Of a DNA stretch of 64,000 bases, positions 41,176 through 51,749 are shown piece after piece. The notes beneath the pieces were generated by a model that was given only the letters and a program-made list of their open reading frames with translations, did not search any database and was not told the DNA's origin. The position numbers and the translations under genes are program-made. The number at the start of each line of letters is the position of its first letter. Within the stretch, counting starts at the first letter, position 1. This DNA is from an uncultured Hyphomicrobiales bacterium (lineage in GTDB: Bacteria; Bacteroidota; Ignavibacteria; Kapaibacteriales; UBA2268), in the NCBI GenBank assembly GCA_964544155.1, contig CAZJAH010000004.1, forward strand, positions 72,646-136,645. The letters run 5' to 3'.

Positions 41176-44163
41176 TTATTTCCTGACGAATACGGGGTAT
41201 ACTTCTTTCATTCCGTTTGATAATTCCAACATAAGGTAGTAAAGCCCGTTCGCCGCGAGTGCGCCATTAGCCAGCCTCCCATCCCATTTATCGCAATAAG
41301 CTGTTTGGGGGTTCCTAAGCTGGTTCTTAACCGGTTCGGCTACCAAATTATTCGCCTGATCAAAAATTTTCAAATTGACGCTGGTTTCTTCGGGTACGCT
41401 ATAAACAACTTCCAGATCCTGCAGGCCTGCCCTGACCGGATTTGGAGCAACGATTTCAATAAATCGCGGCTTATAATCGCCCAAAACAGTATCAGTTCTG
41501 ACACATGAATTTTCGCAGCAAAATCTCATTACTATCTGCGGTGGCAGATTAAGTGGAATTTGCCATAAGTAACCTCCTTCATTCATTCTTACAGATGTAA
41601 TAAAGGTAAAAGTATTGCCAAAATCTGTAGAAACTGAAATTGTTATTGTATCGCATAAGTATTCTACGCTGCTTAAATCCCATAAAAATTCCTTGGTGGG
41701 ACAGGCTGTAAGCGATGTATCGAAGCTTACCGGAAGTCTCGCGGGCCTGATTACAGCTCCATGTGATATTGAAGAATCCTTATAAATACCAGCAAAAGCA
41801 AAAGTACGGAACAATATAAGGCTGTCAGCGTCGGGAGCTGTGCAGTTGAACAGGTCAACGCAGGGTATTTCTCCGTTTATGGAATAGTTGTCAAGCCCTT
41901 CAGTTACCGTGGTATCGAGAGTTTCCCATACAATGCCGTCGTAGCTGTACTGCAGCAAGGCTGTATCCAGGCAGGATACCGTGCCTGTCAGCTCAATAGT
42001 TTCCCCCACGGTATATTCATTATTAAGGGGCGGATCGGCTGTTATAAATGGCAGCCTGAAGTTTAGCACTGTTGTGGTATCGAATACCTGCATTCCTCCG
42101 AATGAACTTTCAACTATAAATTTTCCTTCAAGGCCGTAAATAGAGCTGTCAACCACAACATTATACGTCATGGTGTCGCGGTCATTATGTATGCCTTCAG
42201 CTATGCTTATCGGTTCAAGCGGAAGCGGGCCGCCTCCGGAATATCTTATAAAATTAATATCTACCCTTTCAGTGCCTCTGATCTTATTTACCCATTCGAT
42301 CTCCACGGTATCGCCCGAGCAGTATTCTTCGGGCGGATCCATGTAATCAATTGGATGAGTTACATCGATAGTATTTTTATTAATAGTACCAAAGACATAA
42401 GTGCTGTCGTAGGTTGTTACGATTATATCATTTCTGCCGTCGCCTTCAAGATCAGCAATTGCAACTGAAGAAATTGTCTCATTAAAAAATTCGTGGCTGA
42501 ATAATGTATCGAATGGATTTCCCAGTCTGAATTCATTAGAAGCATAATCGCGCATTTTCATAATCATTATTGTGGAGCCGTCCACTATGATTATTTCGTC
42601 TTTTCCGTCATCGCCGTTATCAAGATCGTTTACTGCTGCTACCCAGCCGTTTATCCGCTGTGTGGCAATTGTATCGAAAGGAAAAAGGAAAGAATTCGGC
42701 GGCGATGGCTTTTCAATGATTGTACCCGAATTATATCTCATAACCATAAGCCTGCTTCCCGGTACGGCAAAATCAGCTGATGACTGCGACAGGATTATTT
42801 CATTGCCCGGATTATTCGGGTAGTATTCCTGCCAGCTGTTATCGGAATTGCCGTCAACATTTCCGACAGCAACCGACCAGTAGTGGTTAGTATCACCCGT
42901 GAACGGCGGTTCAATTGGATCACCGACAAATGTCAGAGGGTCGCCATTGGCATCGAACAAATGTAACCTCGAGCGTCCGTTTGAGCCATCTATACCTTTA
43001 TATTCTTCTGCTACAAGCATAAATAGGCTGTCATTGCTCCCCTCGTCTCCAATATTTAAAAAATAGGGGGTTATCCTCGGTCGGCTGTCTTCGGAAACCC
43101 ACGCGGAGAAATCAAAGGGGAAGAAACTTTCATTTATCGCGTTTCCGCTGATATCAAATCCAAATAAATATGGCCTGTCGGCAACTGTTGAAGCGGTAAC
43201 GGGATTATCCACCAGAATATCCAGGCCGGGTGTAGGATAGCTGGGAAGCAGTATTGCTTCATTGCCCGGGGCTATCGGGGTGAATGAAGGCTGTGCGGAA
43301 TTTACTTCGGGGCCTAAGGTTATTCTGTAATCTAAGTCATCACCCAGGTCCGGCATAGGAAAGGAGGAGAGCATGTTTTCGGTATTAAACAATGTTATGC
43401 CTCTAAGCACGGGCACAGGTATGTCAGTCGGATCGGGAACAACGGGACTTGACATATTAAGTAATGAATATATTAATATTTCGCCATCTACATTTTTTCC
43501 GTAAACAGGCTTAATCGAAGCAAAAATGTTAGGCTCATACACTCTTAGGTCAATTGCCAGTCTTTTTAAAATATTTATTCTTTCAGAATCATGATTGAAT
43601 CCGGCTATGTAAGCGTAAGCCAGGCTGTCTTCATGGCGGGGCATTTCCATGGTCTCGAGCCCGAGTACAAGAGTCGAATTCTGCTGAGCGCCTATTCCCG
43701 TGCTAAGGGTATCGAATAATACCGAAATAGCGCTAACACCGGCGGCGTATTCGCCGGGAATATTTGTTCTCGTAGCAAGCCTGCCGGCGCCGTCGATAAT
43801 AATGATCTCATCACCCATAACGGCTGCAAGTTCGTTTGGAGTAAAAGGAAAATCATCATATAGCTTCGGATTGTCTATGATGTTGCCGATTAGCGGCTGT
43901 ACATCCCCTGATATAAAGGGGGTTGACCATTTTATAAAAATTGAATCTATACTCTGCCGGGCCGAAGTATGGACGGTATTTCTGGTTGACTCCGCGTTAC
44001 CGTTTGGATAAAGCCAGTTTGCAGGGCTGGAATTATTAACCTGCGCGTTCCCTTTAAATATAGGAAACACGGCAAAACAGACTATAAAAATAATCCCTAT
44101 ATGAAAACCTGATTTTGCCATTTGCGGCTTTAAATCGTTTCGTATTTTTGATTTGTGAATCAT
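41176..44163 (-). CDS. secreted FG-GAP/VCBS-repeat protein with T9SS CTD (995 aa)
   Basis: Repeats like VGNVDGNSDN, AVNDLDNGDDGKDEIIIVDGS, ADLEGDGRNDIIVT. C-terminal Ig-like/CTD ...GLYYLMLELSNGMKEVYPVFVRK. The likely signal-peptide start is at 44121. Confidence 0.65.
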   Translation of the reverse strand: MIHKSKIRNDLKPQMAKSGFHIGIIFIVCFAVFPIFKGNAQVNNSSPANWLYPNGNAESTRNTVHTSARQSIDSIFIKWSTPFISGDVQPLIGNIIDNPKLYDDFPFTPNELAAVMGDEIIIIDGAGRLATRTNIPGEYAAGVSAISVLFDTLSTGIGAQQNSTLVLGLETMEMPRHEDSLAYAYIAGFNHDSERINILKRLAIDLRVYEPNIFASIKPVYGKNVDGEILIYSLLNMSSPVVPDPTDIPVPVLRGITLFNTENMLSSFPMPDLGDDLDYRITLGPEVNSAQPSFTPIAPGNEAILLPSYPTPGLDILVDNPVTASTVADRPYLFGFDISGNAINESFFPFDFSAWVSEDSRPRITPYFLNIGDEGSNDSLFMLVAEEYKGIDGSNGRSRLHLFDANGDPLTFVGDPIEPPFTGDTNHYWSVAVGNVDGNSDNSWQEYYPNNPGNEIILSQSSADFAVPGSRLMVMRYNSGTIIEKPSPPNSFLFPFDTIATQRINGWVAAVNDLDNGDDGKDEIIIVDGSTIMIMKMRDYASNEFRLGNPFDTLFSHEFFNETISSVAIADLEGDGRNDIIVTTYDSTYVFGTINKNTIDVTHPIDYMDPPEEYCSGDTVEIEWVNKIRGTERVDINFIRYSGGGPLPLEPISIAEGIHNDRDTMTYNVVVDSSIYGLEGKFIVESSFGGMQVFDTTTVLNFRLPFITADPPLNNEYTVGETIELTGTVSCLDTALLQYSYDGIVWETLDTTVTEGLDNYSINGEIPCVDLFNCTAPDADSLILFRTFAFAGIYKDSSISHGAVIRPARLPVSFDTSLTACPTKEFLWDLSSVEYLCDTITISVSTDFGNTFTFITSVRMNEGGYLWQIPLNLPPQIVMRFCCENSCVRTDTVLGDYKPRFIEIVAPNPVRAGLQDLEVVYSVPEETSVNLKIFDQANNLVAEPVKNQLRNPQTAYCDKWDGRLANGALAANGLYYLMLELSNGMKEVYPVFVRK

Positions 44164-44302
44164 AATACACCACAGTATATATTGAATTTAAGAAATATTT
44201 CACAATTATTTAATAAATTAATTCATTTTTTTCTATGAAAGAATATATTTTCCCGTTAAATTCTAAGCAGAAATTATACCAAATCAATATATTAGGAAAG
44301 GA

Positions 44303-45226
44303 ATGTCACCGTTTAAATGGATTTTGTTACTTTTTTCTGTAAGCTTTATTGCCGGATGCGAGGCTCGCGGCACCAATAAGGTCGTGGTCACAACCATACA
44401 CCCCATTGGTGAAATCATTCGCGAGATAGCCGGAACTAAGGCTGAAGTTATCGTACTGGCCGAACCCGGCCATTCGCCGCATACGTATCAGCACAAGCCT
44501 TCTGACGCCAGAAACGCGAAAATTGCTGACGCGCTTTTTTATGTCAGCGATCATCTGGACGGATGGGTAGCAGCTCTGGATTCCGATAATAAGATAAGTC
44601 TTCTGAATATGCTGCCCGAAGAAAGTATTCTTTATTTTGATGAGCATCATGAACACAATGAAGTTCATCATGATCATAGCCACGGAAAAAATGATACTAT
44701 TAGCCATAAAGAAGAGGAAGTTATTGATCCTCATTTTTGGACTGACCCTTTGACGGTTAAAGCCATTCTACCGGCAATTGCAGATACGCTCGCGGCAATT
44801 GATCCCGATAATGCTGAAATATACAGGGCTAATGCCCGCGCATACGCGAAAAGGCTGGATATTCTGCACAGGCAGGTAAGTGATATCATTTCGGATGTAA
44901 GAGGCAGCAAAGTGTATCTTTTCCATCCTTCATTCAGGTATTTCCTTCAAAGATACAAGCTGATATACTCCGGCTCAATAGAACCATCGCCCGGGAAAGA
45001 AGCGACTCCTCAAACTATGGCTTTAATAATTGATGATATTAAAGCAAGTGGCGTTAAAGCTATATTTTCGGAACCCCAGCTTTCTGAAAAGCCCGCCGAG
45101 ATAGTCTCAGAATCGGCTTTGGTAAATGTGTTTGTACTGGATCCGATAGGCGGAACGGAAGGAAAGAACACCTATGCGGATATAATACTCTACAACGCCC
45201 GGACTCTGAAGAAAGCGTTGATTTAA
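44303..45226 (+). CDS. znuA: metal (Zn2+/Mn2+) ABC transporter substrate-binding lipoprotein, TroA/ZnuA family with His-rich loop
   Basis: Lipobox FIAGC. His-rich insert HHEHNEVHHDHSHG. Cluster-9 SBP architecture. Confidence 0.8.
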   Translation: MSPFKWILLLFSVSFIAGCEARGTNKVVVTTIHPIGEIIREIAGTKAEVIVLAEPGHSPHTYQHKPSDARNAKIADALFYVSDHLDGWVAALDSDNKISLLNMLPEESILYFDEHHEHNEVHHDHSHGKNDTISHKEEEVIDPHFWTDPLTVKAILPAIADTLAAIDPDNAEIYRANARAYAKRLDILHRQVSDIISDVRGSKVYLFHPSFRYFLQRYKLIYSGSIEPSPGKEATPQTMALIIDDIKASGVKAIFSEPQLSEKPAEIVSESALVNVFVLDPIGGTEGKNTYADIILYNARTLKKALI

Positions 45227-45243
45227 ACAGGGATTATATAATT

Positions 45244-45996
45244 ATGAAAAGCACTATCAAAACAAAGGGGCTGACTGTTTATTATGGCGATACGCCTGCA
45301 CTTATAAATATAGATATCCGGCTTTTCGCAGGGGATTTTCTGGCAATAGTAGGTCCGAACGGTTCCGGCAAGTCCACATTACTTAAGGCAATAGCCGGCA
45401 TCATCCCTTACCGAAGCGGCAGTATTGAATTAATCGCAAATAGTAATGAGATACTTAAATCGCAGGATGTAGGCTACGTGCCGCAAATTAAAAAAGTCGA
45501 TCCTTCATTTCCGGCCACGGGATATGAACTTGTTGCCAGCGGTATCAGCAAAAAATGGCCTTTTTTAAAAAATAAGTCTGCCGAAGAAAGAATTACGCGA
45601 ATACTTGACAGAATAGACGCAGTCCACCTTATAAACAGGCAACTCTCAGGACTGTCCGGAGGCGAACTGCAAAGGCTTTACCTGGCAAGGGCGCTTGTCA
45701 GGCAGCCGAAAATTCTGCTGCTCGACGAGCCCGCAACCGGAATAGACCTTGTCTGCGAAGAAAATATCACCGGATTGATTGAATCATTCCATAAGGAAGG
45801 TGATAACATTGTTATTATGGTAACCCACGACTGGACTTCCGCCTATCATCACGCCAATAAGGTGATGCTTCTTAATAAAGAGATGAAATTCTTCGGCGAG
45901 CCTGAAAGGGCATTTACTGACGAAAATCTAGGGCGGACATTCAGCAATTACGGCCTGCATCATAAAGTAAAACTTCAACTTGGCGAAGAAAACTGA
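45244..45996 (+). CDS. znuC: metal ABC transporter ATP-binding protein
   Basis: Walker A GPNGSGKST, signature LSGGELQR, Walker B LLLDEP. Confidence 0.85.
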   Translation: MKSTIKTKGLTVYYGDTPALINIDIRLFAGDFLAIVGPNGSGKSTLLKAIAGIIPYRSGSIELIANSNEILKSQDVGYVPQIKKVDPSFPATGYELVASGISKKWPFLKNKSAEERITRILDRIDAVHLINRQLSGLSGGELQRLYLARALVRQPKILLLDEPATGIDLVCEENITGLIESFHKEGDNIVIMVTHDWTSAYHHANKVMLLNKEMKFFGEPERAFTDENLGRTFSNYGLHHKVKLQLGEEN

Positions 45997-46790
45997 TGGA
46001 TATTTTCAGCTACCCGTTTATGATTAGAGCATTTGCCGCAGGAATCATGATAGGCTTCCTCGGTGGATTTTACGGCCCCTTAATAGTGCAGCGAAAAATG
46101 TCATTCCTGGGGACGGGGCTTGCTCACGCTGCTTTCGGCGGAGTGGCATTAGGCCTGTTGCTAAAGGTTGATCCGCTTTATACGGCTATACCTTTTACTG
46201 TGGCTGTATCGGTATTCATTACTTTTTTATCTGAAAAAACGCGGCTCAGCCACGATACACTTATAGGGGTGCTGTTTTCACTGGCAGTTGCCCTGGGAAT
46301 AATTTTTATTTCCCTTATCGACACATATACCTCGGACGCTTTCACCTATCTTTTCGGATCGATATTATCAGTATTTGAAAAAGACCTGATAGCAATCGGC
46401 ATACTATGTATCATTACTTTGGCAGCCGGCAAAATCCTGTGGGGAAAATGGGCTTACGCCGGATTTGATTTCGAGCTTGCGGCTACCGATAATATTAAAA
46501 CACGGGCAAATGAATATTTGCTTTTGCTGTTAACATCTTTAACTATTGTTACGTCTATTAAACTTGTGGGAATAATCCTTATGGCCGCGTATTTGGTTAT
46601 TCCCGCGGCTGCAGCCAGGTTAGTATCAGAAAGTTTTGGCGAAATGACCGTTAAGGCTGTTATTATAGGGATAATTTCATCGCTTGCAGGGCTGGTGGCA
46701 GCGTATTATCTTAATCTGCCGGCCGGGGCCTCAATAATTATAATTCAATCGGCGATTTTCGGGGCGGCATTTTTTATAAAAAAAGTCTGA
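45996..46790 (+). CDS. znuB: metal ABC transporter permease
   Basis: 8-TM ABC-3 family pattern. Start overlaps the znuC stop (ATGA). Confidence 0.8.
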   Translation: MDIFSYPFMIRAFAAGIMIGFLGGFYGPLIVQRKMSFLGTGLAHAAFGGVALGLLLKVDPLYTAIPFTVAVSVFITFLSEKTRLSHDTLIGVLFSLAVALGIIFISLIDTYTSDAFTYLFGSILSVFEKDLIAIGILCIITLAAGKILWGKWAYAGFDFELAATDNIKTRANEYLLLLLTSLTIVTSIKLVGIILMAAYLVIPAAAARLVSESFGEMTVKAVIIGIISSLAGLVAAYYLNLPAGASIIIIQSAIFGAAFFIKKV

Positions 46791-46941
46791 AATTATAAAA
46801 AAGTCTGAACTTAGTTTAAAAACAGAAAAAAAAATTAATTAATCTATTGTTAATTCGTAAGCCAAATAATATAAGCGGGATCTACAATTAAGTTGAAAAA
46901 TCCATAACTTTTTTTTATGTTAACAAAATCTTTCTTGTCAT

Positions 46942-46966
46942 TGTAATATATATAAGTTATATTACA
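46942..46966. promoter_or_regulatory. perfect 9-bp inverted repeat tgtaatata-N7-tatattaca upstream of mltD
   Basis: Located ~40-60 bp upstream of the 47005 start. Candidate operator or promoter element. Confidence 0.3.
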
Positions 46967-47004
46967 TATAAGCATAAAGGGGTTTTTCATTTCGGGGGTT
47001 AAAA

Positions 47005-49299
47005 ATGTATTATCAAAATAAGCAAAGTATATTTACTATGAAAAATATCGCGGCTCTTCTTTTAGTAATTTTATTTGTTTCAACTGCCGCTATCGCTCAG
47101 GATAACGACAGCAAACATAAACCGCTAAACAGGGATGTATTTCCCGACGAATATTCCGATCTGGACGATCCGGGCACAGCCGGAACACCAGACGACGCGT
47201 ATATCAAGAAGACCATGGCCACATCAAAGCAGCGCTATATGCAGGCACTCGTACTCATCGAAAGAAGAGACACAGCCAAGGCTGCGAGATATTTCGAGAA
47301 TGCTATCACAATACTCAATAACCTCGTCAGCATACCGGGTATAGAAGAAAATGAAAATTACACAGACCTCGCACAATCCATAATTGATGACTATGAATCT
47401 TATGTAACTTCAATCGATGACCTTAACGATGACAGCCCGCTGTTCATTGTCAGGAATAAATTATACAAAGAAATCGAAAATACCGATATTTCGCAGATAG
47501 AAGTATCACCTGTAGAAAAAGAAATTGCCGTAATAAAAAGCATAGGCTTGCCAGGCCCTCCGGATACTTTGAATATTCAGCTGCCGGATAATGTATCGGT
47601 ACAAAAAGCTATAAGCTTTTTAAGCAAAGATAAAGGCCGTAAATTCTTTAGGAACTGGCTCCAAAGATCAACCCGCTGGTTCCCAATGATGATGAGGATA
47701 GCAGAAGAAGAAGGCCTTCCTGAAGAAATTATTTACTTATCAATGATAGAGAGCGGCCTGAATCCGACTATTGTTTCGAGCGCCAGCGCCGTGGGTTTAT
47801 GGCAGTTTATACGTTCAACAGGCGAGATGTACGGCCTTAATGCCGACAGGTCATACTGGATTGACGAAAGAAGAGACCCTGAAAAAGCCACTCGCGCGGC
47901 TATGAGGCACCTGCGTGACCTGTATATTCAGTTTGGTGACTGGCATCTGGCTTTCGCCGCTTATAATTGCGGGCCCTACTGCGTAACAAGGGCTATCCGC
48001 CGTACGGGCAAAGAAAATCCGGATTACTGGGAGGTTAGAAAAAGGCTGCCCAGAGAAACCCAGGGTTATGTACCCATGTATATTGCCACCGCAAAAATGG
48101 CAATGAATCCCGAGAAATACGGTTTCAAAGTGGATGAACTGGAATTCGAGCCGCAGTATGTATATGATACTGTCAGGGTAACGCAGTCACTGAATCTTTC
48201 GACACTGGCAAAGTGTGTTAATATTAGCGAAGAGGAAATTAAATCTCTTAACCCCGAACTGCTTAAGAACTGCACACCACCCGATGCCGGGTACTACACA
48301 CTGAAAATTCCAAAAGGCTCCAAAACTATGTTCGACATAAACTTCCTTGCTTTATCGCAGGAAGAAAGGCAGCCCTGGGTTACTCATAAGATAGCACGCG
48401 GCGAAACTTTAAGAAAACTCTCAAGCGAATACGGCATTCCCATGAATGACATAATCGCTATGAATAATCTCAGCGGTTACCGCACCAGGCTTCGCATTGG
48501 CGAAGAGCTTAGAATACCGCTAAATAAAGAGAAAGGCGCCTCTGAATTGACAGGCGATGAAATTGCCGACAGGCTCAGCGGTAAGGATAAAGAACCCCTT
48601 GTGCACGTTGTAAAAAAAGGGGAATCCCTTTACGCCGTTGCCCGAAAATACGGCAAAAGGCTTTCTGAAATTAAAGCTTTAAACGGCCTTAGAACTGACA
48701 GGCTGCGCATCGGCCAGGAACTTCTTATTAAAGAAGGCGAATATGCTTCAGCTGCAAGCCCTTCGGGAACTCAAAAAACTGATAAACCCCCTAAGCAAAA
48801 GATAGTCAACCACAAAGTCCGTAGAGGTGAAACCCTGGCAAAGATAGCCGACAGGTACGGAGTTACTATTACAAGCATAAAGCAGCTCAATTCACTCAGG
48901 GGAACAAGGATATATTCAGGCCAGAGCCTCGCGATTAAAACCGATGCCGGCTATACCCCGCCGAAAAATACTAGAAAAGAAAGTGATATTATCATCCATA
49001 AAGTGCGCCGAGGCGAAACTATCGGCGCAATCGCCGAAAGGTACGGAGTAAAGATAAGCGAGCTGAGAGAATGGAATTTCCGCGAGATAAAGGGCAACAC
49101 CATTTATTCAGGCTCAAGGCTTAAAATTTACAGGGATAAAACGGGATCGTCAGCACCTCAGTACTATAAAGTACGCCCGGGTGACACGTTGATCTCAATT
49201 GCAAGGAAATTCGGAGTCTCTGTCCATACACTGAAAAGCAACAATAAGAACATCAATCCCACAAGGCTGCAAATAGGCCAGACCTTAAGGATACAGTAG
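47005..49299 (+). CDS. mltD: membrane-bound lytic murein transglycosylase D-like (SLT domain + 5 LysM repeats)
   Basis: SLT catalytic region (...ESGLNP...[11 protein letters not shown]...AYNCGP). Five LysM repeats (H[KV]V[RK]RGET[LI]..IA.[RK]YG...). Confidence 0.85.
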   Translation: MYYQNKQSIFTMKNIAALLLVILFVSTAAIAQDNDSKHKPLNRDVFPDEYSDLDDPGTAGTPDDAYIKKTMATSKQRYMQALVLIERRDTAKAARYFENAITILNNLVSIPGIEENENYTDLAQSIIDDYESYVTSIDDLNDDSPLFIVRNKLYKEIENTDISQIEVSPVEKEIAVIKSIGLPGPPDTLNIQLPDNVSVQKAISFLSKDKGRKFFRNWLQRSTRWFPMMMRIAEEEGLPEEIIYLSMIESGLNPTIVSSASAVGLWQFIRSTGEMYGLNADRSYWIDERRDPEKATRAAMRHLRDLYIQFGDWHLAFAAYNCGPYCVTRAIRRTGKENPDYWEVRKRLPRETQGYVPMYIATAKMAMNPEKYGFKVDELEFEPQYVYDTVRVTQSLNLSTLAKCVNISEEEIKSLNPELLKNCTPPDAGYYTLKIPKGSKTMFDINFLALSQEERQPWVTHKIARGETLRKLSSEYGIPMNDIIAMNNLSGYRTRLRIGEELRIPLNKEKGASELTGDEIADRLSGKDKEPLVHVVKKGESLYAVARKYGKRLSEIKALNGLRTDRLRIGQELLIKEGEYASAASPSGTQKTDKPPKQKIVNHKVRRGETLAKIADRYGVTITSIKQLNSLRGTRIYSGQSLAIKTDAGYTPPKNTRKESDIIIHKVRRGETIGAIAERYGVKISELREWNFREIKGNTIYSGSRLKIYRDKTGSSAPQYYKVRPGDTLISIARKFGVSVHTLKSNNKNINPTRLQIGQTLRIQ

Positions 49300-49323
49300 A
49301 TAACAAGATTTTTATAGAATAAT

Positions 49324-49357
49324 TAAGCCCGTCAGATATTCCGGCGGGCTTTTTTTT
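49324..49357 (+). terminator. rho-independent terminator after mltD (aagcccg-loop-cgggctt + T8)
   Basis: 7-bp GC stem, 14-nt loop, tttttttt. Confidence 0.65.
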
Positions 49358-49589
49358 CCCGGCAAAATCCTTTAAAAAGCTCGCAGATTCTGTTTAAGTA
49401 AGTTTAATTTGAAAAATATTTTAGAAAGCCATGCATTATATAGCTGAGAATATTATATGATCAGGCTCTTAGTATAAAACTGGCTGTTATACCCCATCTT
49501 TATACACGTCTTAATAAATATTATTGATTTTTGTGAAAAAATTGTTTAGATTAATAAAGTTAAATATCACGTGAAAAAGGAGGAGCGAT

Positions 49590-50150
49590 ATGAAGAATTT
49601 TACCATTTTTTTGATAGCGGCAATTTTATGTATTCCTACGTCGGGAATTTTATCCGATGAGGAACCCGACTGGAGAAAACAAGAGCAGAAAGAAATCCCC
49701 GAAGGGATGAAATTCTATAAGGAAAAATACGAAGAAGTTTTTGATGCGCCATTCGAGGATGTATGGGAAGCAATACTTTCTTCAGTCGAAGAACGCAACT
49801 GCATGGTCATTCGCAAGAATACAAGGCAGACCGACGAAGGTTTCTTTAAAGGAAGTATCCATTCGGATTTCTGCGTTTTCGCGACCGCAACTGCCGAGGA
49901 AAAAGTCCAGGACAGCCTTAAGAAATACAGCCTGAGGGTGCCCTTTATCCGGGGCGGAGTATTTATTAACGGGCGTATGCAGTATAAGTTCGTAGTTTCC
50001 GAGCAGGAAGACGGCACTGTCAGAGTGCTGCTAAAAGGCGAAGTAAGCGGATTTGAAGAGCACGTTACGGGCCAGGTTCATTTCTGGGAATCAAACGGAT
50101 ACCTTGAAACAAGAATGATGGAAAACATAAGGCGAAAACTGCAGGCTTAA
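49590..50150 (+). CDS. hypothetical secreted protein (186 aa)
   Basis: Strong SD (aaaggaggagcgat-ATG). Signal peptide. No recognisable domain. Confidence 0.5.
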   Translation: MKNFTIFLIAAILCIPTSGILSDEEPDWRKQEQKEIPEGMKFYKEKYEEVFDAPFEDVWEAILSSVEERNCMVIRKNTRQTDEGFFKGSIHSDFCVFATATAEEKVQDSLKKYSLRVPFIRGGVFINGRMQYKFVVSEQEDGTVRVLLKGEVSGFEEHVTGQVHFWESNGYLETRMMENIRRKLQA

Positions 50151-50184
50151 GAAACAGTATAAAGCATATTAACAATGACATATG

Positions 50185-50212
50185 AAAAAGCAGGCCTCAG
50201 AGTCTGCTTTTT
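50185..50212. terminator. bidirectional rho-independent terminator between convergent genes
   Basis: aaaaagcag-gcctcagagt-ctgcttttt: stem flanked by an A-run and a T-run. Confidence 0.45.
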
Positions 50213-50285
50213 CCTGTTTTCCGCAATGTGGCACCCAAAAACTATTAAAAACAATTCGATACATATCGGAATTTTCGTTTCTGCT

Positions 50286-50669
50286 TCAAATACCGGCTTT
50301 ATCCAGTAATCCTGCAAGCACTTCAAATTTTTCATCAAGCCTTACGGGGTCATGAATCTCGCAATCCCAAATCCTCAAGACTTTCCATTTTTTACGCTTT
50401 AATTCAATATCTGTCTGCTTATCAGAAAACCTGTTTTTAATGATCTCTTCTTCCCAGAATTCTTCCATTCTTGCCGGACAGCACGAACAGTTATGTCCTC
50501 GTGTAATGCAGGAATCAATAAATAGAACAGTTCTTATCTTTGGAAAGGCAAAATCAGGCCGCCCTGCAATTTTTGTTTTTCTTCGCCAGCCTCTGATACC
50601 TTTATTCTTAAAATAGCTTATAAGGGATTCTTCCCTGAACTCCGGTGATCTTTCAATAATTTTTTCCAT
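50286..50669 (-). CDS. vsr: Vsr-like (very-short-patch-repair endonuclease family) protein, divergent active-site region
   Basis: GRPDFAFPKIRTVLFIDSCITRGHNCSCC...EFWEEEI.KN..D......L...WKVLRIWDCEI aligns to the Vsr core (PDFV...F.HGCFWHHHHC...FW..KI..N..RD...L...GW.VL.VWECE). FWHGH is replaced by ITRGH, and the N-terminus is ~20 aa shorter than E. coli Vsr. The start is taken as the ATG at 50669, since the listed 50681 is TTG. Confidence 0.5.
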   Translation of the reverse strand: MEKIIERSPEFREESLISYFKNKGIRGWRRKTKIAGRPDFAFPKIRTVLFIDSCITRGHNCSCCPARMEEFWEEEIIKNRFSDKQTDIELKRKKWKVLRIWDCEIHDPVRLDEKFEVLAGLLDKAGI

Positions 50670-50685
50670 GGCATTTATCAAAAAG

Positions 50686-51741
50686 TTAATTAAATACTCT
50701 TTTGTTCAGACGCAGATCCATATAGGCATCGGCTTCAGGCAATTCAATGATAAACTCTCCTGCCCGGTTGATAAATCCTCGTTTTGGCTCACCGTCCCTT
50801 ATAGAAGCCCAGGCCATCCCGTCAACATAGTTCTCACAGTGAAAGTAGAGCGGCTTGGGGAATTCAAGAATTGTTCGCCCCGCGAAGCCATATTTATCGC
50901 CTATCTTAACGGCTGAATAACCTTCGCTGTAATTCTGCATCATATCAAACATCAGGGGTAATATGGTTTTGCCTGTTGTATCGATCACACCATATTTGAC
51001 ATTATGGTTATTATCAAAATTTCCAACAATGGCCAGGCCTTCATAAAATTCCCTGGCGTCGTCGTACAATTCAGGAATGATGTAGGTATTAGTGGTATCA
51101 ATATATCCGAATTTAGCTTTTTTAACAACAGGACAAAGCCCGTATTTGAATTGATGTGGCTCTAAATATTGAGGCTTTATTATCATTTCGCCACTGATAT
51201 TTATAAAACCGACCTCATAACTTTCAGTGGATACTGCAGATATCCCTTCAGAAAAATCATAACCAACCAGCTTTTTCAGCTCAAGATACCAATTGCCGTC
51301 CTTCATTATATAGCCTCTCATATCAGGAGCAGTAGCGTAGGCAATCTCCTCCGAGAAATCATTAGAATATGTGAATTTATGTGGAATAACCAGCTTACCG
51401 GTAGTATCGATGAATCCGTACCAGCTTTGCCCGAGTGAATCCTTTTTTATTACACAGGCAAGTCCTGAGTTGAAATCACGTACCAGATCTGCGTCCGGCT
51501 CTATAGCGAGATTTCCGTCATCATCCAGAAATACCCATTTATCTTCTTCAGTTTTTATTCTCAGGAATCCCTCGCTGTATCCGCCGATGCTCTTGATCTT
51601 AATCTCTGGCTCGATAATTTCGCCATCATAATTTACCACAATCCAGGTGCTGTCCTTAAAGTAAGCGCATAGCAGTTTTGAATGTGCTTCAATTCCGCTT
51701 GTAATTAATAATACAAATATCAGTAATATTATTTTTTTCAT
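50686..51741 (-). CDS. secreted WG-repeat (KWG) containing protein
   Basis: Signal peptide. Repeated ~35-aa units with W/YGFID..GK.VIP..F pattern (WVFLDDDGNLAIEP, WYGFIDTTGKLVIPHKF, KFGYIDTTNTYIIPELY, KYGVIDTTGKTILPLMF). Confidence 0.6.
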   Translation of the reverse strand: MKKIILLIFVLLITSGIEAHSKLLCAYFKDSTWIVVNYDGEIIEPEIKIKSIGGYSEGFLRIKTEEDKWVFLDDDGNLAIEPDADLVRDFNSGLACVIKKDSLGQSWYGFIDTTGKLVIPHKFTYSNDFSEEIAYATAPDMRGYIMKDGNWYLELKKLVGYDFSEGISAVSTESYEVGFINISGEMIIKPQYLEPHQFKYGLCPVVKKAKFGYIDTTNTYIIPELYDDAREFYEGLAIVGNFDNNHNVKYGVIDTTGKTILPLMFDMMQNYSEGYSAVKIGDKYGFAGRTILEFPKPLYFHCENYVDGMAWASIRDGEPKRGFINRAGEFIIELPEADAYMDLRLNKRVFN

Positions 51742-51749
51742 TTGACTTC

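Noticed and set aside
50147-50338. 63-aa minus-strand ORF overlapping the terminator and the 3' end of the vsr-like gene
   Set aside because: Overlaps the better-supported vsr-like frame and the intergenic terminator. No start context.
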